Part shown: positions 43,001-50,328 of the stretch, in pieces
Numbering within the stretch: the first letter of the stretch is position 1
How the letters are laid out: every line of letters starts with the position of its first letter
DNA from: a virus
Length of the DNA stretch: 64,000 nucleotides
Strand: one strand, 5' to 3'
IMG/VR virus record: IMGVR_UViG_3300025276_000027
Coordinates: 13,789 to 77,788 of that record
Position numbers and translations under genes: made by a program
Notes under the pieces: model-generated
What the model was told of the DNA's origin: nothing
Database searches by the model: none
The model's input: the letters and a program-made list of their open reading frames with translations, nothing else

Positions 43001-43092
43001 GTTAGTTCAGGTTGGTTTTTAGTTATTGTTATATTTCCAGCAATAGTTGCACTACCTGTTACATTAAGACCATTATAAAACTGTATTGCCAT
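37096..43092 (-). CDS. Long modular tail fibre / receptor-binding protein (1998 aa)
   Basis: Gly/Ser/Thr-rich beta repeats, TKAYAD, GTVTAV...GLTGG, WDDSNNRLGIGT motifs. Fibrinogen-C-like segment (TDDYGEWILVGRF). Duplicated 39-aa module. Confidence 0.8.
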   Translation of the reverse strand: MAIQFYNGLNVTGSATIAGNITITKNQPELTINDTVASDLQLVIKQSGSTSVFKSRGGTNSTGQYNFQITNGSTTTNALFINQQALSTFAGNVSLISAGTPILTIQDTTNNVKLLLYAQDGNAHVGTYSNHDLVFDTNSIKALTIDTSQNATFTGLVSGITPTAAANFVTKAYADALTPGDGVFLPLTAGNTKPLTGDLYVNSSLYIRGGNERIYMSGGGATDWRGIEASSTGLWSWGETGIGNYFSKSVGIGTGPALGRELLVKGEIAALDNTGTNDNQILMAVNDTVGNLAVTYGSTGSYVPFQLETSGQPRFGVSTAGAIRFNTYGAGTLRSDASGNITSVTSGVGTGTVTAVGSGAGLTGGTITSTGSLSHADTSSQGSVNGSNGVVIQDVTLDGFGHVTGLDTVNIETFLERGYVQKDSIDNTAIGWYTIATNGGDRAIGRFGLWDTASSRHQSVIFYAGHMFGTDGSNTITVLANNRFGTSVLRYLRIKDDTTYQGAALQVYIDDATNNLNIAILGDDFQSNGWVREDFTPDADPPGGISAAAWASFTTAGQVDLDQVDQGGIVTTGPVYSGGDTTQYRNLTTNDGSGETPAIISNGSTPTLNSGITGLEVRTLIGAGTSSSSGVTSVSDDGGSTINVSGSSTARVVSAITGTVSSSSANLATGAQIQTAIDTATTGAVKFVSEWDASGISGGGSPDLQAVATHIPGNYYIVSVAGSSAPNGNGTTPNVWAVGDWCIRADLATDTWQKIDNTQVGNVQGQRLTTRGVAVWTGLNNISSTSVFITSGADLEAGTTSATQNRAIRSLAGDSYQASLEAYGDSQGTGVVYVGQSTTYGGGIVYNGDGSPAFGNSTTDTISFYRREAGTNSEVFRYGYGSATVTFQGDILPAADAASTLGGSTKRWNFGYFNNTITITDGNINAGSAFSFNQGAAFLGDIVAPGVYVGAANTSYDFYNNGTSYLNGNTTIDANLTVSSVGTTSSVATMIMYGKRTNGTNGAFGEIIFSNNGDSVATVAGFRDGADDKGSLVFQTQNGSAGFGTRLTIAADGPATFTNNITTPESNLEAVATVKSFGVYTSSVRLIDTPNGGLQKCRVITDDYGEWILVGRFAASAMNTIALNGTWGSVSGLSLGTAQNETTSFSADFGDSFPTEVRIMGATDFSRWRDTRTIDFIYGVPQGRKWKFFFSGGATNGMTSVGPNHSGNNKFGWNINGSYDGFGRWINPLQTSVGMSDANVTNPSAAYTTATASAFAWDTADDAKITVTATRTFSGQDSFETAGFGNDDNIYGFFDEYPSETNNMQGGVDFSSAAWVLIKIPNVSSGGGGGDGTSTAAILSDGSLPSLNTGISAAEVRSLIGAGTSSSSGVTSVATGNGISGGTITSTGTLTVGAGDGLSQSSTGLLVDSTVVRTSGTQSIAGAKTFTTTPISVTRSTADSSTYLATTAFVKNQGYTTNTGTLTGSGVATRVAFWSGTTSLSADAALYWDDSNNRLGIGTASPSTLLTLEGGHSTSRFNLFYNDALDDRKAFIDMWCSEPGVTYNGSGIGANIAGSPYYGRKVAAQGQTYIRFIAGAFEIYTGPASSGTASTGIKRLTISTAGDIDLSGNMTTGGNLTTAGYVQIGGNTQGYLAKGNTVQNLYYQAGGSSSDAGFSAFAGNGNHVWQIYGAGTDYGFLNANWASWDLRKTKGGSLFMNNSTTYSIDTNSNSKFAGNLNLGGSMTIGEGNTGSLTIQDAGTNYLTIYKSSGYAFIQGGASGNTIYFGAPASYVQNVNVEGTLRGNIINSLGTLGCSSNLLLNGYIATNTSSTPNSGVGPIQNFSPSGGNMSDTTSDLGTMANGNVVRTAQEATFEFTRAEMNALPTANGSGITLLKSPGTNKYVIVEKATFLVNYSYNTNQTSINQRYEIDQDSNDANDADLVAYITGETLNSITYANGAASAYSSGMYENDTGRSTLNRTYRPDKETTLRRVSSSLNISTAVTSIRIKLRYRVWDTATF
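38974..41307 (-). repeat. Duplicated 39-codon module within the long fibre (38974-39090 and 41191-41307)
   Basis: TAAILSDGSLPSLNTGISAAEVRSLIGAGTSSSSGVTSV versus TPAIISNGSTPTLNSGITGLEVRTLIGAGTSSSSGVTSV. Confidence 0.85.
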
Positions 43093-43128
43093 TTTTAATA
43101 AATTAAGTTACTATATGTTAGAAACTGC

Positions 43129-43139
43129 TAATATACAAA
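43129..43139 (-). promoter_or_regulatory. TTTGTATATTA putative late promoter
   Basis: Exact copy upstream of the 1998-aa fibre gene. Confidence 0.6.
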
Positions 43140-43149
43140 TATCCATTAA

Positions 43150-45078
43150 CTACCCAACATATGTAAGTAACACTTTATGTGTACTATCACCAATTGTTCC
43201 ATTAAATTGAACAATTAAATCAGCAGAAGATCTTGAAATACCTGCATATACAGTTTCACCTGCGTTAGTTATAACTTCACATTTTACATCTATGGCATTT
43301 GCTCCAGAAAATGATGTAGTAACATCATATTTAAATGTAGTTACTCCACTTGCAGTAACACCACCTGTTAAAGCTACATTATCTCCTGTAACTCCTTGTT
43401 CTACACTAGTAATTGTTATTGTGTCTGTACCGTTTGATGCTAATGTAATACCTGTTCCTTCTGCTAATTTAACAGTACTATCTGCACCACCATCTGTTCC
43501 ATCTAAAAATATTGGAACATTTATTCCAGATTTTGCTTGAGCTTTTAATTCATACTTAGCATCTGAATTATTAGTATAAAAAGGTACAGCCCATTTATTA
43601 TCTTTAGTTAAAAATTTAGTTGCTGATCCGGATATCCCATCAACAGCTGTTAAATCTACATCTCCTATATTTATACTTCCTGCTTGTGCACTAAATGTAG
43701 TTTCATAAGCTACATAAGTACCACCATTTTTATTAGTAAAATCAGTGACACCTTCATCAGACTGTACAACTGACCAATCAGCAACAAGTGAAGCATTAGC
43801 TGCTCTAACTACTGTAGCTATAATTGAATCACCTATATCTAACACAGGACCAGAACAATAAAAAGATCCAGCAGTTGCAACTACATAGTAATCTCCAATA
43901 GCTACAGCAACTCTAGTTCCTGCACCACCTGGACAGTTATATAAATTAGATCCTGAATTACTTCCTGATACAATAGCACCAGTGGAAGCATTAAATGTTC
44001 CTTTAAACGTTAGACCACCTGAAACTAAACCATCAACATATCCTTTTGAAGCTGCATCTGTTGATGCTAAAGGTGTTCCTGGAATTGTTACTTGATATCC
44101 AAAAGAAGATCTAGTTGCTGCTCCTCCTGAATTAACCACTAAACTAGTTGTAACTGCTATATCATTCGGTAAACCAAATACATATGCATCTTCCGCTGTA
44201 CCTGTTACTGTTACTTGACTTCCTGTTCCACTAAATGATATTGTATCTTGAGTTGTACCATTAGCTGATAATATTAAATCAGTTGAACCTGCTGCTTTAT
44301 CTAAAGCATATGTAGTATTTACATTTGGATTAGATGGCAATGTAAATGTTGTTTCCTTATGGCCTGTAACGTGTCCTGTTGCATTGGTTGTTACGTCTGT
44401 ATACGCATCAAATGTTCCCCCAAACGCTAAAGTAGCAGTATCTGTAGTTCCTGTATCAGTTTGAGTGGCGTGACCTATAGTTACATCGCCAGATGATCCA
44501 CCACCAGTAATTGGAGCTGTAACTAAAACAGCTGTAATATCACCTTGCGGTATTGCTGGAAAACCAACTAAATCTCCTTGACCATTTATATATTGTGTAA
44601 CTGCACCATTCATTGTTATATCAACAGATGGGTTAACTGAAGCTACATTTCCAATAGCTGCAGTAAATGCATTACCAGCATGTGTAGCTGCTACTGAAGT
44701 AACAGTACCAGCTGCTGAATCAGTTCCTGTAACTGTAAGTGTATTTCCACTCCTTGTTACTCCTACTGTACCTGCACCAACTACTAATACATCATCGTGA
44801 TTACTTGTCCCTGTTTCAGTTAATCTTACACCTGCTGTTCCATTTGTAGAACCAACACCTGTAAGGTCATATAATGTATCATTATCACTTGTTGCTATTG
44901 TAACCCATGATGAACCATTATACAATTTTAAAGCATTACTAGCTGAATTATAATAAACTCTACCAGAAATACCAGCAGGATCAGAACCCAATGGTTGAAC
45001 TATAAAGTTTTGTAATTGGTTCTCATTTAAATTTACATTCCCTGTAACATTTAAACCTGTTAAAAATTGTATTGCCAT
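43150..45078 (-). CDS. Tail fibre protein (642 aa), paralogous to the 1998-aa fibre
   Basis: Shared MAIQF..GLNVTG N-terminus, GRVYYNSASNALKLYNGSSW, DAASKGYVD, FKGTFNAS...GDYYVV module. Confidence 0.75.
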   Translation of the reverse strand: MAIQFLTGLNVTGNVNLNENQLQNFIVQPLGSDPAGISGRVYYNSASNALKLYNGSSWVTIATSDNDTLYDLTGVGSTNGTAGVRLTETGTSNHDDVLVVGAGTVGVTRSGNTLTVTGTDSAAGTVTSVAATHAGNAFTAAIGNVASVNPSVDITMNGAVTQYINGQGDLVGFPAIPQGDITAVLVTAPITGGGSSGDVTIGHATQTDTGTTDTATLAFGGTFDAYTDVTTNATGHVTGHKETTFTLPSNPNVNTTYALDKAAGSTDLILSANGTTQDTISFSGTGSQVTVTGTAEDAYVFGLPNDIAVTTSLVVNSGGAATRSSFGYQVTIPGTPLASTDAASKGYVDGLVSGGLTFKGTFNASTGAIVSGSNSGSNLYNCPGGAGTRVAVAIGDYYVVATAGSFYCSGPVLDIGDSIIATVVRAANASLVADWSVVQSDEGVTDFTNKNGGTYVAYETTFSAQAGSINIGDVDLTAVDGISGSATKFLTKDNKWAVPFYTNNSDAKYELKAQAKSGINVPIFLDGTDGGADSTVKLAEGTGITLASNGTDTITITSVEQGVTGDNVALTGGVTASGVTTFKYDVTTSFSGANAIDVKCEVITNAGETVYAGISRSSADLIVQFNGTIGDSTHKVLLTYVG

Positions 45079-45099
45079 TTTATTTTATTTTATATTTTT

Positions 45100-45645
45100 T
45101 TAATTTAAATAAACACAACCTGAAAATGCTGCATTAAACGTTATAACTAATTGTTGTGAACTTTTATAATCTACATTCCCTATAACTACAGTATTTCCAC
45201 TATCTACTACAGTTACTGAAGGATATCCTCCTAAGTTATGAGTTACTGTCCATACACTAGATGCAACTTCAAAGCACTCAGCATATGTTCCATCATCTGC
45301 TAATATGTCTTCTAAATCTATTATAGTACAAACATTAGATGGTGTAGCAGGACAACTCATGCTTGCTTTAGCATTTATTTTTGCTAAAGGTTCTACAAAT
45401 ACTCCTGGAGTTTCTGTAGCTACTACAACATTACTGCTTGCTCCATTTTGCCAATCACATAATTCTTTCTCAATTACAGCATCTGCAAAATCCGTATAAC
45501 AACATGAAGCAATTCCAAACCTAATTGATTTAAAATTAGCATAAGCTTGTTTTGCAAAATTTTGCTCAACTTTAATCCGCTTTAACAATTTTATTTCTTT
45601 TTGTTGAGCAGTGTTAGATGTAGCCACTATTGTTGATGATGCCAT
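45100..45645 (-). CDS. Putative fibre-anchoring/virion protein (181 aa)
   Basis: C-terminal WTVTHNLGGYPSVTVVD...ITFNAAFSG domain common in phage fibre-associated proteins. Confidence 0.55.
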   Translation of the reverse strand: MASSTIVATSNTAQQKEIKLLKRIKVEQNFAKQAYANFKSIRFGIASCCYTDFADAVIEKELCDWQNGASSNVVVATETPGVFVEPLAKINAKASMSCPATPSNVCTIIDLEDILADDGTYAECFEVASSVWTVTHNLGGYPSVTVVDSGNTVVIGNVDYKSSQQLVITFNAAFSGCVYLN

Positions 45646-45652
45646 ATTTTAC

Positions 45653-45832
45653 TTACTTATTTCTTAAATCTTGTATCTGTTGTTTAGCTAATTCTAGATT
45701 CAAATCTCTTGGTGTGGATACATTTGCTTCAGCTAAAGCTTTACAATTTTTACACACAATAACCCCATTCCCCATACTAGCTTTTTGACATCCACAAGAA
45801 AATACTCTATTACAATGAGCACAATTTGCCAT
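45653..45832 (-). CDS. Small Zn-finger-like protein (59 aa; start re-called at MANCAHC)
   Basis: CxxC...CGC...CxxC. The ATG at 45832 has an A-rich leader and avoids the 31-nt overlap of the track start at 45874. Confidence 0.55.
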   Translation of the reverse strand: MANCAHCNRVFSCGCQKASMGNGVIVCKNCKALAEANVSTPRDLNLELAKQQIQDLRNK

Positions 45833-45843
45833 TTTATGTTGGT

Positions 45844-46419
45844 TTAAATTAAATATTTTGAACTTGATCCGCAATTCCCTGAAGGACAGCTTACCTTATT
45901 CAATCTTTGTTTAGCATAACTATAAAGTTGCATACCTTGAGCAGATGATTGACAGTATTCTACATTAGCTACTGCTGCATCAATCATTGTCTTAATGTAA
46001 TACATCTCTGATAGTAATTCTTGTTTATCTGAATCTGGTTGACATGCCTGTACATTTAAATCACATAATACTTCATAATATGTAGTAAGTAATTTAGTTA
46101 CTCTTAAGTGATTATATTCTACATAAACTTTAGAGTTAGGAGATACACTATATTTAATAATATATATTCCATCAGGTATGTTAGATTGTTTTGTTCCACA
46201 ATCTACAGTTTGTAATGCCATAGTACATGCAGTAAGACACATGTCAAAATTTTTATCAACTTTAATTAGAACTGGAACAGAATATCCCGGTAATGTAATT
46301 AAAAGCTCTTCACAATCTACAGCTAACTCTTTGGAATATTGACTTGTATCCTTAATACACAATAAATCACAGTTAGATACTGTAGGTATTTCTAAACTTA
46401 ATATATGTCTGCTTGCCAT
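45844..46419 (-). CDS. Cys-rich structural protein (191 aa), possible tail hub/fibre adaptor
   Basis: IPDGIYIIKYSV motif. Located in the structural block and preceded by the TTTGTATATTA motif. Confidence 0.5.
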   Translation of the reverse strand: MASRHILSLEIPTVSNCDLLCIKDTSQYSKELAVDCEELLITLPGYSVPVLIKVDKNFDMCLTACTMALQTVDCGTKQSNIPDGIYIIKYSVSPNSKVYVEYNHLRVTKLLTTYYEVLCDLNVQACQPDSDKQELLSEMYYIKTMIDAAVANVEYCQSSAQGMQLYSYAKQRLNKVSCPSGNCGSSSKYLI

Positions 46420-46449
46420 TTTTCTATTTACTTTAATACACTATATAGA

Positions 46450-46460
46450 TAATATACAAA
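46450..46460 (-). promoter_or_regulatory. TTTGTATATTA putative late promoter
   Basis: Exact copy directly after a terminator and upstream of the 191-aa gene. Confidence 0.65.
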
Positions 46461-46481
46461 AAAAACAAGAATATATAAAAT

Positions 46482-46512
46482 AAAAAGAGCAGGAGTTTGA
46501 TACCCCTGCTCT
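46482..46512 (-). terminator. Rho-independent terminator after the accessory capsid gene
   Basis: AGAGCAGG/CCTGCTCT inverted repeat (46486-46512) followed by a U-rich tract on the minus strand. Confidence 0.8.
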
Positions 46513-46542
46513 AATTAATTATTTAAGATATTAAACTATATC

Positions 46543-48081
46543 TTACCAGTAAATATTTGTATCTTCAAATACAACTTTATTACCATTGTCACCAGCCCAT
46601 GCTTCTAGAGCTTCCATAAGATCTACAACTAGAAGTTGAACAGCAGCATCACTACATTTTGCGTAGATTTTATAAACATACTGGTCATTGTCAAATACAC
46701 CAGTTGGATTATTAAATCTTGGTACAGAATGTTGAATATAATAAGCTCTATAAGTAGCCGTTCTATCAACTGCAGCTAAAAGTTCATCAGACATTTCAAT
46801 TTCTCTGATTCTAGCACTGTCAGCATTTCCTTGGTTATAAGGAGATTGACGGTATCTTTCAGACATAATTAATTCTCTAATTACTTCTTCACCTTGAGTT
46901 TGTTGCATTGAACCAGGACTTTGCGTTGCAACACCACAGTCATTACATGGGTTACCAGTTTCATCCAATTGAGAAACAATGATTTCAACAGGCTCAGCAT
47001 TATAATGATCTCTTGTATCAAAAGAACAGTTACCAAACGTAGTATCTACATAAGCTCCTACAAATTCAACTCTAGCACTTACCTTAGTAGCTCCATTAGG
47101 ATCAGTTGAAGGAACATAAGCTCCTGCACCTTTACCTTTAGCTTGTGCTATACTATATACTGCATTAGTTACTACAGCACCGGTTGTTTTAGTTATAACA
47201 ACACCACCAGCAGTTAAACCTGCAGCAGCAACAGTTAATGTAGCATCCGTAGTTGCAGCAGCATCTATAACAGTTATAACATCACCTACTTTGTATTTTT
47301 CCCCTGCTTGAGCAATATCAAAAGTAAGTATTACTCCAGTACCACTTATAGTTAATACACTAACTTCTGCATCAACAAAACCTGTACGGCTTGAAGCTGT
47401 AATAGCAGTTCCTAATGAATCAACAGCAGATGTTTTATGCTGTGCTACAGTATAACCTACTCCAGCAGATAATGTTAAACCAGCTCCTTCAAGAAGCCCG
47501 TCAATATCACCTTCAGCTACAAATGGTTTGATTAATGGATCTGTAAGAGCCATATCAGCCATAGTTGCTAAAACAACAGCAGGATCAATATATTCTTGTC
47601 CATCAATACAACATACATTTGCTGAATCAGCAATTGCATATGCATTGTGGTTTAAGAATCTTAGTGCAGGTGAACCCTTCACGTCAATTCTCATAAATTG
47701 TGTTTTACCACATGGAGCACAATCAGAAGCCAATGAAAGACTTGCTGTTGCTTGACTTGCGTCAAAGCAATTTGCAGCCCATAATCTAGTAATATATCTA
47801 GGGTTAATACCTTTAGATTTTACTGATTCTTTGTACCCACCATGTCCAGGATTGTTACCAATTGTATCTTTAGTATAAAAAGATCCTTCAACAACGTAAG
47901 CTAATGAGCCTGCTGCTATTGCTGGTACAGCTCCACCACCGGCTACGGCTACAGAGTTCCAGTCAGATCCTTGAACTAAAGCTAATTGTCCTGCGGTAAG
48001 AGCACTTGATGCAGTTCCTCCAGCTGCGTCAACTGAAGCTACAACAAACGTCTTGTTAAACGCATTATTAAAATAAGCCAT
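46543..48081 (-). CDS. Accessory (auxiliary) capsid protein (512 aa; start re-called at MAYFNNAF)
   Basis: Position two to three genes after the MCP, followed by a strong terminator. YYIQHSVPRFNNP C-terminal motif. The ATG at 48081 is more plausible than the non-ATG track start at 48117. Confidence 0.55.
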   Translation of the reverse strand: MAYFNNAFNKTFVVASVDAAGGTASSALTAGQLALVQGSDWNSVAVAGGGAVPAIAAGSLAYVVEGSFYTKDTIGNNPGHGGYKESVKSKGINPRYITRLWAANCFDASQATASLSLASDCAPCGKTQFMRIDVKGSPALRFLNHNAYAIADSANVCCIDGQEYIDPAVVLATMADMALTDPLIKPFVAEGDIDGLLEGAGLTLSAGVGYTVAQHKTSAVDSLGTAITASSRTGFVDAEVSVLTISGTGVILTFDIAQAGEKYKVGDVITVIDAAATTDATLTVAAAGLTAGGVVITKTTGAVVTNAVYSIAQAKGKGAGAYVPSTDPNGATKVSARVEFVGAYVDTTFGNCSFDTRDHYNAEPVEIIVSQLDETGNPCNDCGVATQSPGSMQQTQGEEVIRELIMSERYRQSPYNQGNADSARIREIEMSDELLAAVDRTATYRAYYIQHSVPRFNNPTGVFDNDQYVYKIYAKCSDAAVQLLVVDLMEALEAWAGDNGNKVVFEDTNIYW

Positions 48082-48176
48082 AATAAAAAAAATTTGTGTG
48101 AGGACCATTACCCCCACTAGTTATAAATAAATGATTTAATCAGTTTACTCTGTTCGTGACGTCATTGTCACTATAA

Positions 48177-48187
48177 TAATATACAAC
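48177..48187 (-). promoter_or_regulatory. GTTGTATATTA putative late promoter
   Basis: Upstream of the accessory capsid gene. Confidence 0.55.
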
Positions 48188-48212
48188 AAAATAAATAACA
48201 TTATATTATATA

Positions 48213-48917
48213 TTAATTATTTCTTTCTGCTGCTTGAGTGCCTCTTTGTTGCTGATATATATTTTCTATATCACCAGCAATTAATGCAGCTGTATCATCA
48301 AGCATAACTTCTACTAAATCATCTTTAAATTCACAATTTACATTGGTAGTACTTACCAAACCTGTATATGGATTTACACAATTTAATACTTGTATCAATA
48401 TTGGTTTTCTATAATATGTTAATACAGGATTTACAATAGTAAACTTAGTATTCCTATAGATCCTAATAGTATTATTTAACATAGTACAAAATGTTTCACC
48501 CCATTCAAAATCTGGATTTTTTAACGGATCCCTTAATAGTAATGGAACATTTGCTTCTTCAGCTAAATAAACTGTCATAGATCTAGGCTCACAACAGTCA
48601 TCTTTTGCTTGTGTACCAACTCTTTTAAATTCTAAATATTCATCAACTGGAAAATTATCAGTCTGAAAGTATGTATCTGTACTTGTTCCAGTTAATGATA
48701 ATTCAATAAGTAAAGGTTGGAGATCATCTATTCTTTTTTTAGATAGCTCATCTCCTTCCTTATACATATTACCACCATGTAGATTACGTCTACACCACTC
48801 TATTTGTGCTTTATTAAAAGCCTCAATAAATTGCCAACACTCAATATTATCATAATCATTGCTATCAAGTTTGTTTAACCTTTGCTTAAGTTTTATTAAG
48901 AGTGTATTATTTTCCAT
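48213..48917 (-). CDS. Head-tail ring/adaptor protein (234 aa)
   Basis: LNKLDSN...FNKAQ...KRIDDLQPL...LTYYRKP...CEF pattern of the crAss conserved gene downstream of the MCP. Confidence 0.6.
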   Translation of the reverse strand: MENNTLLIKLKQRLNKLDSNDYDNIECWQFIEAFNKAQIEWCRRNLHGGNMYKEGDELSKKRIDDLQPLLIELSLTGTSTDTYFQTDNFPVDEYLEFKRVGTQAKDDCCEPRSMTVYLAEEANVPLLLRDPLKNPDFEWGETFCTMLNNTIRIYRNTKFTIVNPVLTYYRKPILIQVLNCVNPYTGLVSTTNVNCEFKDDLVEVMLDDTAALIAGDIENIYQQQRGTQAAERNN

Positions 48918-48926
48918 TTTTATATA

Positions 48927-49946
48927 TTATGCATTCCAATATGGTTCAATTTTATCTAATAAAGATAATAGCACTTCTTCATTTGCAGGATCTTTTAAAA
49001 ACTCCAAACATTCATTAGGTCTTTTACCTAGTCTAACACCGCTATCCATAGGTTCAATCCATCCTCCTGCTTTAGTTAATAGAAATCTATAGTATAATGA
49101 ATCTTTTACTAAAGCTCTAAGCTTTAATTCTTCCATATCTAATGCAGAAACATCTAAAAAGTTTTGTGCAGCACGTTTTTTATTACTTTCTGCTCCATCA
49201 CCAACAATATAAACATCCATATTTTCATACATGATATCATTAGGTGTATTTTTAGTATATTGTACACTATCTATATCTACAACTTTAGCAACATACATTA
49301 ACTTAGTTGTATTTGTATCATACAACTTTTGCAATTGTGAAATTGATTTATTTTTTAATTTAGTAAATTCTGTTCTAGTACTTAATGTTTCTTGTACAGT
49401 ATCTAAATAAAACTTTGGTTGAGTTTGTAACTTTTTTGCTACTGCAAGTGATTTAGCTACAATAGAAAATCCACCAGCCTTTATTGCATATATTTTTATT
49501 TTGTCATATGGATCAACATCTGGTTCTAAAAATACAGGATCATTCCCACATCTTAATTCAATCTTATCCCAAAATTTAGAATTATCAGGTTTCATAACAG
49601 TTAGTTTATTCCAAAAATCTTTATCCTTTGGATCTACTACATTAGCTGCTAAATCAGCTTCTAATTCAGAAACTACTTTTCTGATTTCTGCAATTTTTGC
49701 CTTTTTCTTATCTGGAGGTAACATCTTTACATCAGGTGCAAATTCATTAAGTCCTGTTAAGTATCTCTTTACCCCATTCATTTCTAAACAAGCTAAACTT
49801 TCTTGATGCCATACCCCATCATGTAAAGATAGTCCATATGATTCTAACCCCATATTTTCTATATCTTGGTTAAAGTAAGGGCGTATAGCTATTGAGCTAT
49901 TTTTTTTTGTGTGTTGATACTTTTCAACAATAGTGTAATCTTCCAT
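48927..49946 (-). CDS. Conserved crAss-like capsid-module protein (339 aa), possible portal-vertex protein
   Basis: YLTGL, NSKFWD..LR, P.D.I.Y motifs and synteny immediately after the MCP. Confidence 0.55.
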   Translation of the reverse strand: MEDYTIVEKYQHTKKNSSIAIRPYFNQDIENMGLESYGLSLHDGVWHQESLACLEMNGVKRYLTGLNEFAPDVKMLPPDKKKAKIAEIRKVVSELEADLAANVVDPKDKDFWNKLTVMKPDNSKFWDKIELRCGNDPVFLEPDVDPYDKIKIYAIKAGGFSIVAKSLAVAKKLQTQPKFYLDTVQETLSTRTEFTKLKNKSISQLQKLYDTNTTKLMYVAKVVDIDSVQYTKNTPNDIMYENMDVYIVGDGAESNKKRAAQNFLDVSALDMEELKLRALVKDSLYYRFLLTKAGGWIEPMDSGVRLGKRPNECLEFLKDPANEEVLLSLLDKIEPYWNA

Positions 49947-50066
49947 TTTGTGGTTTTTAAAAATTAATAATTATTACTCAAGTCAAATAATGCAAACTAA
50001 TGCACATTTTATTATTACTAATATTTCTTAAGCAAGGTTTTACCCTTGCAAAGTTTTTGACTTTTA

Positions 50067-50261
50067 TTACACTACAACCTTCAAATCTCCTGTGGAATGA
50101 TATAGATCACCTTTAACTAAGCCTGCTGTAACTGCTGCAGCATTATTTGCATAGTCTCTGACTAATATATCTTTTCCAACTGATTTTGAAGAGATAATTT
50201 TAGACACACTTGAGTTTGAAAACTCATATGTTTTATTTGCTAATTTTATATCTAGTCCCAT
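50067..50261 (-). CDS. Small protein (64 aa) consisting mainly of a fibre-tip-like YANNAAA.AGL..GDLY motif
   Basis: ORF with an A-rich leader between the MCP terminator and the next gene. The motif usually closes phage fibre proteins. Confidence 0.55.
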   Translation of the reverse strand: MGLDIKLANKTYEFSNSSVSKIISSKSVGKDILVRDYANNAAAVTAGLVKGDLYHSTGDLKVVV

Positions 50262-50281
50262 GATTATTTGTTTTAAAGATT

Positions 50282-50317
50282 AAAATAAAAAGGGAGGAAG
50301 TTTAACCCCTCCCCTTT
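50282..50317 (-). terminator. Rho-independent terminator after the major capsid gene
   Basis: GGGAGG/CCTCCC stem (50292-50313) followed by UUUUUAUUUU on the minus strand. Confidence 0.8.
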
Positions 50318-50328
50318 AATTATTTGTT

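Noticed and set aside
37096-45078. Diversity-generating retroelement or invertible fibre cassette
   Set aside because: No reverse transcriptase or recombinase, and no near-identical TR/VR pair or inverted repeats seen. The fibre duplication is diverged at synonymous sites.
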